A stretch of DNA of 64,000 nt from the NCBI GenBank assembly GCA_017646665.1, contig JAGCMB010000036.1, positions 26,963 to 90,962 of the forward strand, read 5' to 3'. Positions 49,093 to 57,376 of this stretch are shown one piece after another. Position 1 is the first letter of the stretch. The number at the start of each line of letters is the position of its first letter. The DNA is from Bacteroidaceae bacterium (GTDB taxonomy: Bacteria > Bacteroidota > Bacteroidia > Bacteroidales > Bacteroidaceae). Both the position numbers and the translations under genes were made by a program. Under the pieces are notes generated by a model. The model saw only the letters and a program-made list of their open reading frames with translations. It made no database searches and was not told the origin of the DNA.

Positions 49093-50412
49093 ATGAATGA
49101 AGAAATAAAGGAAATATTCTCTTTGTTGGATGATTATGTTTCTTATAAAAGAGAAGTACGGAACAAGTATCCGTATCATGTAAATCCAATAGAGGAGATC
49201 CGAGCTAATGAAAATGCAAACAGCCGCATACTCGGCACTTTGCTCCGTTATGAGCATAATGGAGAATATAAGATTTTGAAGAGTTTTTTGGAAAGAATGC
49301 TGCCGGAATTCAGGATTGAAAAACTCTCTAAACCTGTTATAGAATCAGAGCAATATCGTATAGATTTGTCTGTTCGCGAAGCCGGCAAGTATGCTATTAT
49401 TTTTGAAAATAAGATTCACAATGCTGTACTACAAAAAAATCAATTGGCAAGGTATATTGAAAAACTGCATGATGAAGAACATTTTAGTTATAATCAGATT
49501 TATGTGATTTTTATGCCACCAACAGTTGGATATGAATCAAATGATTGCTGTTGGCATAAATTTGTGGATGGAATATGTGGAAAATGCGATAATGGAGAAT
49601 GCAAACTAAATTATTCCCCTGAATTGCGTAAGATGTTTAAGAATGAAAACCGTTACAAAAAAATCACATTTAGAGACGATTTGTTAAACTGGTTGAAAGA
49701 AGATGTTTTGCCAAACTTAACAGAGAAAGAGGAACTGTTGAAGTCTTCTGTGATTTTGTATATAGACTATTTGGAAGGATTGTTTCAATTAAGAATGAAT
49801 GAAAAAAATATTTATATGGAACTTAGAGATTTTATTGTTAAGAAACTAAAACTTGATGACAAAGTATTGGAGGGTAAAATAGATGTTTTGCAACAAGAAA
49901 AAGAAAAGATAGATTCTTTATGCAAAGAGCTTGAAAATATGAGACTTTTCTATATGTGGGAGCTAATAGAAGAAAAAATGAAACCTATAGTTGAAAATAT
50001 TGCAAAATCCTATGAATTGGAGTGTGATCTAAGGGTTTATAATGATGGAAATCGTACGTTTTCTCTAGGTTTCAAAAGAAAAGATTGGGATTTGAATATA
50101 ATCTTTGCATGTTTTGTAAATTGTGGAATGGATTTATACATAGGTAAGCACAATGCGGAACCTATTAGTGGATATTCAACTTATAAGTGCATAAATGGAT
50201 GGAATGGCGATAGCAGTGATAGAGAAAAATTTCCTCACGGATGTGTGTGGTTGAAAAAATACGAAAATAAAATATTAGATTTGCTCCGTGATGTAACAGT
50301 AGATGATGGTGCTGAATTTAAAAGATTTTTAGAAGACAAATTGTATCATACTCTTAAAGAGATAGAAGGGCATCCTAATGAAATAACTATGAAAATCTCT
50401 AGTTCTCAATAA
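49093..50412 (+). CDS. PD-(D/E)XK-family nuclease (PDDEXK_4-like) with a Cys-cluster insert, a coiled coil and an unknown C-terminal domain
   Basis: EIRANENANSRILGTLL..., YRIDLSVRE...YAIIFENKIHNAVLQKNQLARY (D...E-x-K plus QLxRY), CCWHKFVDGICGKCDNGEC, and coiled coil LEGKIDVLQQEKEKIDSLCKELENM. The first ATG is at 49093 and the ORF opens with TTG at 49087. Confidence 0.65.
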   Translation: MNEEIKEIFSLLDDYVSYKREVRNKYPYHVNPIEEIRANENANSRILGTLLRYEHNGEYKILKSFLERMLPEFRIEKLSKPVIESEQYRIDLSVREAGKYAIIFENKIHNAVLQKNQLARYIEKLHDEEHFSYNQIYVIFMPPTVGYESNDCCWHKFVDGICGKCDNGECKLNYSPELRKMFKNENRYKKITFRDDLLNWLKEDVLPNLTEKEELLKSSVILYIDYLEGLFQLRMNEKNIYMELRDFIVKKLKLDDKVLEGKIDVLQQEKEKIDSLCKELENMRLFYMWELIEEKMKPIVENIAKSYELECDLRVYNDGNRTFSLGFKRKDWDLNIIFACFVNCGMDLYIGKHNAEPISGYSTYKCINGWNGDSSDREKFPHGCVWLKKYENKILDLLRDVTVDDGAEFKRFLEDKLYHTLKEIEGHPNEITMKISSSQ

Positions 50413-50440
50413 TAAAATATCCTTAATATTTATTTCTTCC

Positions 50441-50476
50441 GACCTCTGCCACTAATTGGCAGAGGTCTGTTTTTTC
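50441..50476 (+). terminator. Rho-independent-type hairpin between the nuclease gene and the FtsZ-like gene
   Basis: GACCTCTGCC-ACTAATT-GGCAGAGGTC perfect 10-bp stem followed by TGTTTTTTC. Confidence 0.7.
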
Positions 50477-50497
50477 TTTGCATAGGATTATTAACTT

Positions 50498-51445
50498 ATG
50501 CACATAAAAATTATGAAAATTGATTCTGCTTTTCCGGATGTACTGATTATTGGTGTTGGTGGTGGCGGTTGTAATATCGTTGGAAACAACAGTGTTATAT
50601 TTGGTGTTAATTCTGTTGAGATTGACAATGTAGAACAACCCGATATTGATACATTATTAAACGAGGAAATACGAACAGTATTTATTGTGACTTGTCTTGG
50701 TGGTGAATACGGCTCAGCCGTTGCACCACAGATTGCTGCTGAATGCAGGAAAAGAAAACTAAGGACTATCGGTGTTGCTACATTACCGTTTGAGTTTGAG
50801 GGTGCAGTAAAGACACAACGTGCAAATGCTACAGCAAATGAACTTGCAAAGAATTGTGATTCCCTTAACCTTGTACATAATGAAATAATGTTGAAGGGTA
50901 ACCAGACAATTGCTGTAAATGAGGCATTTAAGGATGTCAATATGCGCATTTGGGAGATAATCACCAAAGAAATATACTCAACCCCTGTCTGGTTTTACGA
51001 TAAGAGTGAATATGTCATCAAGAATAGGTTTAAGAAAAGGTTCGGGTGGTTGCATAAGAATGAAGGGGCTTTGGTTTGTAAATCTTTCATAGATAATGAT
51101 TATAAGATAACCAGGCTATGCATTGACATTGTGGAACGGAAAGCAAAAAGGGTTATGGGAAAAAGGTGGTTCAATAATCTTAGTGAAGACATAAAATTCA
51201 AAGCATTGTTGTATGCTCTTGTTTGTGAATTATGGGATGACGGTGGTCAATACCTGATTTCCTGGGATATTGTGTATGATGTACTGACCATCAGCAGAAA
51301 ATGGCAGATTCAAGGTTGGTTGCTGTCTTATGAAGCAGTAGATTGTCTTGAAGAATGCAAACTTGCAAATAAGCGCAAGGCCAGTGTGGAAATATATAAA
51401 AGACGAAAAGAATTGCTTTCCTCGTTGAACAATGCTACCGAGTAA
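50498..51445 (+). CDS. Truncated, degenerate FtsZ/tubulin-like GTPase-domain protein fused to an uncharacterised C-terminal domain of about 155 aa
   Basis: [13 protein letters not shown] (T1 loop). [42 protein letters not shown] aligns to FtsZ [52 protein letters not shown] aligns to DSLITIPND. The T2/T3 loop region and the whole FtsZ C-terminal (T7) domain are absent. Confidence 0.6.
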   Translation: [315 protein letters not shown]

Positions 51446-51462
51446 CAGAAATTATAAAATAT

Positions 51463-52083
51463 ATGGAAGAACAAACAACAGTCAGGTTTTATGCTTTTAT
51501 ATGCTGCTATTTCAAGGATACGAAATGGGGCAAACACTTGCGACGCAATCTTGAAGGCTATAAAGTTCCTACCACCTTGTACAAGCGGAACGGGTGGAAA
51601 CGTAAGCCAATAAATTCGATATTTCTTTTTTCTATTGAAGAACGCGGTATTGGTGGGTTTCACGGTGGACTGAAGGGGTATCTTGAGAATTCTCGCCACT
51701 TTATTGTCGTGTGTTCGCCACATTCAGCCAAGTCAAGAGTTATGGCTGAAGCAATATCCTATTTCCACAGCATCGGGCGTAGTAAGGATATTCATTTCTT
51801 TATTGTTGATGGAATTCCTGATAGTAGCGACAGAGAAACTGAGTGCTTCAATCCCGTGGTAAAGAAACTCGGCATTACTGTAACATCATGTGTAAACATA
51901 AATGAAAAAAAATATCGTTGGTCTTGGCTCAATAGGCAACGTGCTTACGTGCAACTCATTGCGGCTCTGTTGGGAGTGGAAGCAGACTTGATATTACAAC
52001 ACCATAAAAGACGTGCTATACAAAAGTTTGTAATTGTGCTTGTGGCGTTTATCGCTGTGCTTGTGGCGCTGTTTGCTGTTTGA
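51463..52083 (+). CDS. TIR-domain protein with a C-terminal transmembrane anchor
   Basis: FYAFICCYFKDTKWGKHLRRNLEGYKVP..., SRHFIVVCSPHSAKSRVMAEAISYF and IHFFIVDGIP match the bacterial TIR pattern (FISY..D..W...L...LE.YrVP / lIViCSP.sa.SrWV.eEI..F / lIVDGeP). These are followed by YVQLIAALLGVEADLILQHHKRR and the TM helix FVIVLVAFIAVLVALFAV. Confidence 0.6.
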   Translation: MEEQTTVRFYAFICCYFKDTKWGKHLRRNLEGYKVPTTLYKRNGWKRKPINSIFLFSIEERGIGGFHGGLKGYLENSRHFIVVCSPHSAKSRVMAEAISYFHSIGRSKDIHFFIVDGIPDSSDRETECFNPVVKKLGITVTSCVNINEKKYRWSWLNRQRAYVQLIAALLGVEADLILQHHKRRAIQKFVIVLVAFIAVLVALFAV

Positions 52084-52154
52084 CAACAGGCAAGCATATT
52101 CATCATATAAAAGTCTTTTTTTCTCAACTTTGCCTATCGTTCGTATTTTTTCTG

Positions 52155-52162
52155 TATCTTCG
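52155..52162 (+). promoter_or_regulatory. Near-consensus -7 box TATCTTCG upstream of ettA
   Basis: One mismatch to TAnnTTTG, 47 nt upstream of the ATG. Confidence 0.3.
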
Positions 52163-52208
52163 CAAAGAAATACTAAATTGGGAATAAAATAACAATTAAA
52201 ATAGATTT

Positions 52209-53906
52209 ATGGCAACAGTTGATGACAAGAAAATCATCTTTTCGATGGTGGGCTTGAGCAAGACAATCAAGCAGACAAACAAACAGGTGTTGAAGAATAT
52301 TTACCTTTCGTTCTTCTACGGTGCAAAGATTGGTATCGTGGGTATGAACGGTGCGGGTAAATCTACATTGATGAAGATTATTGCAGGCCTCGACAATGAC
52401 TATCAGGGCAATGTGGTTTGGTCACCGGGCTATTCGGTGGGTTACTTGCCACAGGAACCACACTTGCAGGACGGCAAGACTGTGATGGACTGCGTGAAAG
52501 AGGGTGTGCAGGCAACAGTTGATGCGCTTGCAGAGTATGAGGAGATTAATATGAAGTTCGGCTTGCCCGAGTATTACGAGGATGCCGACAAGATGAACGA
52601 GCTTTTCGCACGTCAGGCCGAGTTGCAGGATATTATTGATGCAACCGATGCGTGGAACCTTGAGAGCAAGCTGGAGCGTGCTATGGCAGCACTCCGTTGT
52701 CCTGCTCCCGATGAACTCGTTGACCACCTATCCGGTGGTGAGCGCCGTCGTGTGGCTCTTTGCCGTCTGCTTCTTTCAAAACCCGACGTGCTCCTTCTCG
52801 ATGAGCCTACCAACCACCTCGATGCCGAGAGTATCGATTGGCTTGAGCAGCACCTGAACCAGTACGAGGGTACTGTAATTGCCGTTACCCACGACCGTTA
52901 CTTCCTTGATGATGTCGCTGGATGGATTCTTGAACTTGACCGTGGCGAGGGAATTCCCTGGCAGGGTAACTACTCGTCTTGGCTCGACCAGAAGACAAAG
53001 CGTATGGAGCAGGAGGAGAAGAGTGCAAGCAAGCGTCGCAAGACTCTTGAGCGCGAGCTCGAGTGGGTGCGTATGTCACCAAAGGCTCGTCAGGCAAAGG
53101 GTAAGGCCCGTTTGAACTCATACGAGCGTATGCTCAACGAAGACCAGAAAGAACGCGAGGAGAAACTCGAAATCTTTATTCCTAACGGCCCCCGTTTGGG
53201 TAATAAGGTTATCAATGCCGAGAATATCGGTAAATCGTTCGGTAGCAAGCACTTGTTCAGCAACTTGAATTTTATGTTGCCTCCTAACGGTATTGTAGGT
53301 GTTATTGGCCCCAACGGTGCAGGTAAGACAACACTCTTCCGTATGATTATGGGACTTGAAACTGCCGACGAGGGTACATTCGAGGTAGGTGAGACAGTGA
53401 AGATTGCATACGTTGACCAGAACCACAAGGATATTGTTGCCGACAAGAGTGTCTACGAGGTTATGAGCCAGGGCAATGAACTTATGCGCTTGGGTGGCAA
53501 GGAAATCAACGTGCGTGCATATCTGTCACGTTTCAACTTCTCAGGTGCCGACCAGGAGAAGAAGTGCGGTGTCCTTTCAGGTGGTGAGCGCAACCGTCTG
53601 CACCTTGCAATGGCACTGAAAGAGGGTGGTAACGTGCTCCTTCTTGATGAGCCTACCAACGATATTGACGTGAACACACTGCGCGCACTTGAGGAGGGTC
53701 TTGAGAATTTCGCAGGTTGTGCTGTTGTTATCAGCCACGACCGTTGGTTCCTTGACCGTATATGTACACACATTATCGCATTCGAGGGTGACGGCAATGT
53801 GTTCAGTTTTGAGGGTTCATACTCTGATTACGAAGAGAACAAGATGCGTCGTCTTGGTATCGAGGAACCGAAGAAGGTGAGGTATCGTAAACTTATGGAA
53901 GACTAA
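52209..53906 (+). CDS. ettA: Energy-dependent translational throttle protein EttA (ABC-F ATPase)
   Basis: 565 aa with two Walker A motifs (GMNGAGKST, GPNGAGKTT), two LSGGE signatures and an arm/linker region. Confidence 0.93.
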   Translation: MATVDDKKIIFSMVGLSKTIKQTNKQVLKNIYLSFFYGAKIGIVGMNGAGKSTLMKIIAGLDNDYQGNVVWSPGYSVGYLPQEPHLQDGKTVMDCVKEGVQATVDALAEYEEINMKFGLPEYYEDADKMNELFARQAELQDIIDATDAWNLESKLERAMAALRCPAPDELVDHLSGGERRRVALCRLLLSKPDVLLLDEPTNHLDAESIDWLEQHLNQYEGTVIAVTHDRYFLDDVAGWILELDRGEGIPWQGNYSSWLDQKTKRMEQEEKSASKRRKTLERELEWVRMSPKARQAKGKARLNSYERMLNEDQKEREEKLEIFIPNGPRLGNKVINAENIGKSFGSKHLFSNLNFMLPPNGIVGVIGPNGAGKTTLFRMIMGLETADEGTFEVGETVKIAYVDQNHKDIVADKSVYEVMSQGNELMRLGGKEINVRAYLSRFNFSGADQEKKCGVLSGGERNRLHLAMALKEGGNVLLLDEPTNDIDVNTLRALEEGLENFAGCAVVISHDRWFLDRICTHIIAFEGDGNVFSFEGSYSDYEENKMRRLGIEEPKKVRYRKLMED

Positions 53907-53932
53907 TACTTTGTTGTCTAAAAGGCCACTGA

Positions 53933-54253
53933 CTGTGTTACGCTTATTTTGGTGGTAGGTCATTTAGGGTTACTAAACTCCCTACCACCAAAATTTCGCA
54001 AGCCTTGTCATTGAACTTTTATACAACAAAGGCGGTAGTTGTTGACAGGGAAAGCCTTGTTATCTCACTTTTTAAACTAATAAAATATTCATGGCTTTGT
54101 TGGCTGCGTTATGCTTATTGCTGTGGCAGGTCTTTTAGGGTTACTAAACTTCCTATCACCACAATCTCGCAGGCCTTGTCATTGAACCTTTTATATAACA
54201 AAGACGCTTCTTGCAATTGACTGCGCAAGCCTTGTTATCTCACTTTTTAAACT
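53933..54253. repeat. Two tandem copies (about 171-175 bp each) of a hairpin-bearing intergenic repeat
   Basis: CTG(T/C)GTTA(C/T)GCTTATT-hairpin-(T/C)TCGCA(A/G)GCCTTGTCATTGAAC...AAGCCTTGTTATCTCACTTTTTAAACT occurs at 53933 and again at 54104. Confidence 0.85.
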
Positions 54254-54323
54254 GATATAATTGCTATCATTTCGACATTGCGAAGCATGGAGAAATCTCA
54301 TAAAGGATTAACATTACTATTAT

Positions 54324-55625
54324 ATGTGTGTAGTATCTCCTGAAATAATCGATTCCATTGTAAAGGAACTTGAGATAGATGACATCCGTTCGGCGTCAAT
54401 CCGTCAGATTGGGGCAGTGGTGCGTGCTGCCGAAACTCGCACAGGCACGGAATTTATCCATTTTGAGATGGGTGTTCCTGGCTTGCCTCCGGCCGAGGTG
54501 GGGGTGCGTGCCGAGTGTGAGGCTCTGCAGCGTGGGGTAGCATCGGTCTATCCGATAATAGATGGAATACCGGAACTGAAGAACGAAGCTTCGCGCTTTG
54601 TTAAGGCATTTGTAAATACCGACATAAGCCCTGACGGCTGTATCCCGACGGTAGGCTCCATGCAGGCTTCGTTTGCGTCGTTGATGTTGGCTTCGCAGCT
54701 TGACAAGAAACGTGATACGGTACTGTATATAGACCCCGGATTTCCGGTGCAGAAGATGCAGGCACAGGTGATTGGCGTCAAGGTCGCATCGTTTGACATT
54801 GCGGAGTATCGTGGTGAGAAACTTGAGGAGAAACTGGAGAGTTGCTTTGCACAGGGTAATATATGTGCGGTGCTTTATTCATCGCCCAACAACCCGACGT
54901 GGATGTGCTTAAAGGATGAGGAACTTGAGATTATTGGTCGTCTTGCAACAAAGCACGATGTTGTGGTGATTGAGGACTTGGCATACATGACAATGGATTT
55001 CCGTCGCGATATGAGCCGTCCGTTTGAGCCACCGTTCCAACCGAGCGTGTCAAAATATACCGACAACTACATTCTGCTAATAAGTGCGTCAAAGATATTC
55101 AGCTATGCAGGACAACGAATAGCTGTAGCCTGCATTTCCAATGCTTTGTATAATAGGGGCTATGATGCTCTCAAACAACGATATGGTATTGCACGTTTTG
55201 GTGCGGCATTTGCATATATATTCCTCTATTCGTTCTCGTCGGGTGTGTCACATTCGGCACAATGTGCGCTTGCTGCGATGTTCAAAGCTGCGTGCGATGG
55301 GGAATATGACTTTGTTGGCGATATAAAGGAGTATGCCGAGCGTACAGCACGCATAAAGGAGATACTGCTGCGCAATGGCTTCAGTATTGTCTATGACAAG
55401 GATGTAGATGAACCCGTGAGCGACGGTTTCTTCTTCACTGTCGGGTACAAGGATATGGATGGAGGGGAATTGCTGAAAGAGTTGCTCTATTATGGCGTGA
55501 GTGGCATTGACCTTGCCACAACAGGTGGCACACGTAAGGGTATCAGGGCCTGTTCGTCAAACATAAAACCTCACCATTATGCATTGCTCGAAGAGAGATT
55601 GCGTAAGTTTAATGAAAATCATTGA
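54324..55625 (+). CDS. PLP-dependent aminotransferase (class I/II fold)
   Basis: 433 aa with SASKIFSYAGQR (PLP-lysine context) and an NPT motif (SSPNNPTW). The start codon is uncertain. Confidence 0.8.
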   Translation: MCVVSPEIIDSIVKELEIDDIRSASIRQIGAVVRAAETRTGTEFIHFEMGVPGLPPAEVGVRAECEALQRGVASVYPIIDGIPELKNEASRFVKAFVNTDISPDGCIPTVGSMQASFASLMLASQLDKKRDTVLYIDPGFPVQKMQAQVIGVKVASFDIAEYRGEKLEEKLESCFAQGNICAVLYSSPNNPTWMCLKDEELEIIGRLATKHDVVVIEDLAYMTMDFRRDMSRPFEPPFQPSVSKYTDNYILLISASKIFSYAGQRIAVACISNALYNRGYDALKQRYGIARFGAAFAYIFLYSFSSGVSHSAQCALAAMFKAACDGEYDFVGDIKEYAERTARIKEILLRNGFSIVYDKDVDEPVSDGFFFTVGYKDMDGGELLKELLYYGVSGIDLATTGGTRKGIRACSSNIKPHHYALLEERLRKFNENH

Positions 55626-55632
55626 TTTATAT

Positions 55633-57309
55633 ATGAAAAAACTGTTATTTGCATTGCTTTGTATCTTCGCGTTTTCATTGAATGCGCAGGAGATTTCCAT
55701 TATCCCTAAACCGGCCGAGATGCATGCTGGTGAAGGACATTTTCTTTTTAGAGGAAAGGTTGTTATTTGTTATCCAGAACAAGCCAGCAAGGATATAAAG
55801 AAGGTGTTGGATGGCTTTGTCAAGGATTTTAAAGAGAGCACCGGAGTCAAGCTCAAGAAATCGACTCCAAAGAAAGAGAAGTTGCAGGATTGGGAAGTGA
55901 CAAAATTCAGCAAGAAAGCCGATGCACATATCGTCATATATATTGACGAATATATGGCCGACGAGGAGTACAAGCTCTCTGTAACTCCTAAAAGAATTGA
56001 TATAACAGCAGCAAAGCCTGCGGGCCTGTTCTATGCATTCCAGACTTTGAAACAGTTGATGCCACGTAATGTCATGGCCGGTGTGCCTGATGATAATATT
56101 CAGGAATGGGCTATTCCTTGTGTCAATATTCTTGATGCACCACGTTTTGGTTGGCGCGGATTCATGCTCGACGAGGGACGTCACTTCTATGGCAAGGAGG
56201 AGATAAAGAAAATCATCGATGTGATGGCGGCCTACAAAATGAACCGTTTTCACTGGCACTTGACCGAGGACCAGGGCTGGCGCATAGAGATAAAGAAATA
56301 TCCTAAACTCACCGAAGTGGGTGCATGGCGCGACAGCAAAGTGTGCGCGTGGGGCGATGTGAAGCCCGACGGAATACGTTATGGTGGCTACTACACACAT
56401 AAGGATATAAAAGAGGTCGTAGAGTATGCAAAGGAACGTTTTGTAGAGATTATTCCCGAGGTTGACATACCGGGACACTCACAGGCGGCTGTTGCCTCGT
56501 ACCCCGAATTTCTTGCCTGTGACCCTGAGAACAGACACGATGTGTGGTTGTGGCAGGGTGTGTCAAGCGATGTTATCAACGTCGCTAATCCACTTGCTGT
56601 GCAGTTTGCAAAGGATGTGATTGATGAACTGACAGAACTGTTCCCGTTTGGTTATATACATCTTGGCGGTGATGAGTGCCCAACGCATAAATGGGAACGC
56701 AACAGTGATTGCCAGGCTCTATTGAAGGAGATTGGTTCTGAGAACTATCGCGATTTGCAGATACATTTCTACAAACAACTGCTTGACCACGTTGCACAAA
56801 AGCCAGCAGACAAGCAGCGTAAACTTGTGTTTTGGAACGAGGTGCTGCACGGTAATACAGAGCCTTTGGGAACAGATATAACAATTATGGCTTGGATTGG
56901 TGCCGACGGTGCTGCAAAAGATGCTGCAATGCGTGGTATGAACACAATCCTCTCGCCGCAGATTCCGTATTATATCAACCGTCGCCAGTCAAAACTTGAA
57001 ACAGAACCGATGTCACAGGGCTATGGCGACGAAACGGTAGAGCGCGTATATAACTACAAGCCGATGAACGGTGTTGCCGAGGAGTTGCAGCGTAAATATC
57101 TTGGCGTTCAGGCGAATTTCTGGACTGAATGGGTTGTTGAACCTTCGGTTGTCCAGTATCTTATGTTGCCTCGTCTGGCAGCTGTAGCCGAGGCTGGATG
57201 GACGCCTGCAGAATTGCGCAATTACGATGATTTTGTCAATCGTTTGCAGGGTGAAGCGAAATATTATAAATTGAAAGGTGTCGACTACGGAAAGCACGTT
57301 TTCAAATGA
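55633..57309 (+). CDS. Beta-N-acetylhexosaminidase (GH20)
   Basis: Signal peptide MKKLLFALLCIFAFSLNAQE, RGFMLDEGRHF, HWHLTEDQGWR and HLGGDEC (catalytic D-E). Confidence 0.92.
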   Translation: MKKLLFALLCIFAFSLNAQEISIIPKPAEMHAGEGHFLFRGKVVICYPEQASKDIKKVLDGFVKDFKESTGVKLKKSTPKKEKLQDWEVTKFSKKADAHIVIYIDEYMADEEYKLSVTPKRIDITAAKPAGLFYAFQTLKQLMPRNVMAGVPDDNIQEWAIPCVNILDAPRFGWRGFMLDEGRHFYGKEEIKKIIDVMAAYKMNRFHWHLTEDQGWRIEIKKYPKLTEVGAWRDSKVCAWGDVKPDGIRYGGYYTHKDIKEVVEYAKERFVEIIPEVDIPGHSQAAVASYPEFLACDPENRHDVWLWQGVSSDVINVANPLAVQFAKDVIDELTELFPFGYIHLGGDECPTHKWERNSDCQALLKEIGSENYRDLQIHFYKQLLDHVAQKPADKQRKLVFWNEVLHGNTEPLGTDITIMAWIGADGAAKDAAMRGMNTILSPQIPYYINRRQSKLETEPMSQGYGDETVERVYNYKPMNGVAEELQRKYLGVQANFWTEWVVEPSVVQYLMLPRLAAVAEAGWTPAELRNYDDFVNRLQGEAKYYKLKGVDYGKHVFK

Positions 57310-57331
57310 TTTTATAATTAAAAATAATTTT

Positions 57332-57376
57332 ACACGGCAACAACAAATAATTTGTTGTTGCCGTGTTTGTTTTTTA
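57332..57376 (+). terminator. Rho-independent terminator after the GH20 gene
   Basis: ACACGGCAACAACAAA-TAA-TTTGTTGTTGCCGTGT 16-bp stem followed by TTGTTTTTT. Confidence 0.85.

Noticed and set aside
50498-51445. Reading the FtsZ-like gene as the cell's genuine division ftsZ
   Set aside because: It is far too short in the GTPase core. It lacks the T2/T3 and T7 loops, the C-terminal domain and the conserved C-terminal peptide. It is not in a dcw/ftsA context and sits in an AT-rich accessory islet.
54005-54220. 71-aa ORF between ettA and the aminotransferase
   Set aside because: It starts with TTG and lies entirely within the two tandem repeat units, so the repeat explains the open frame.
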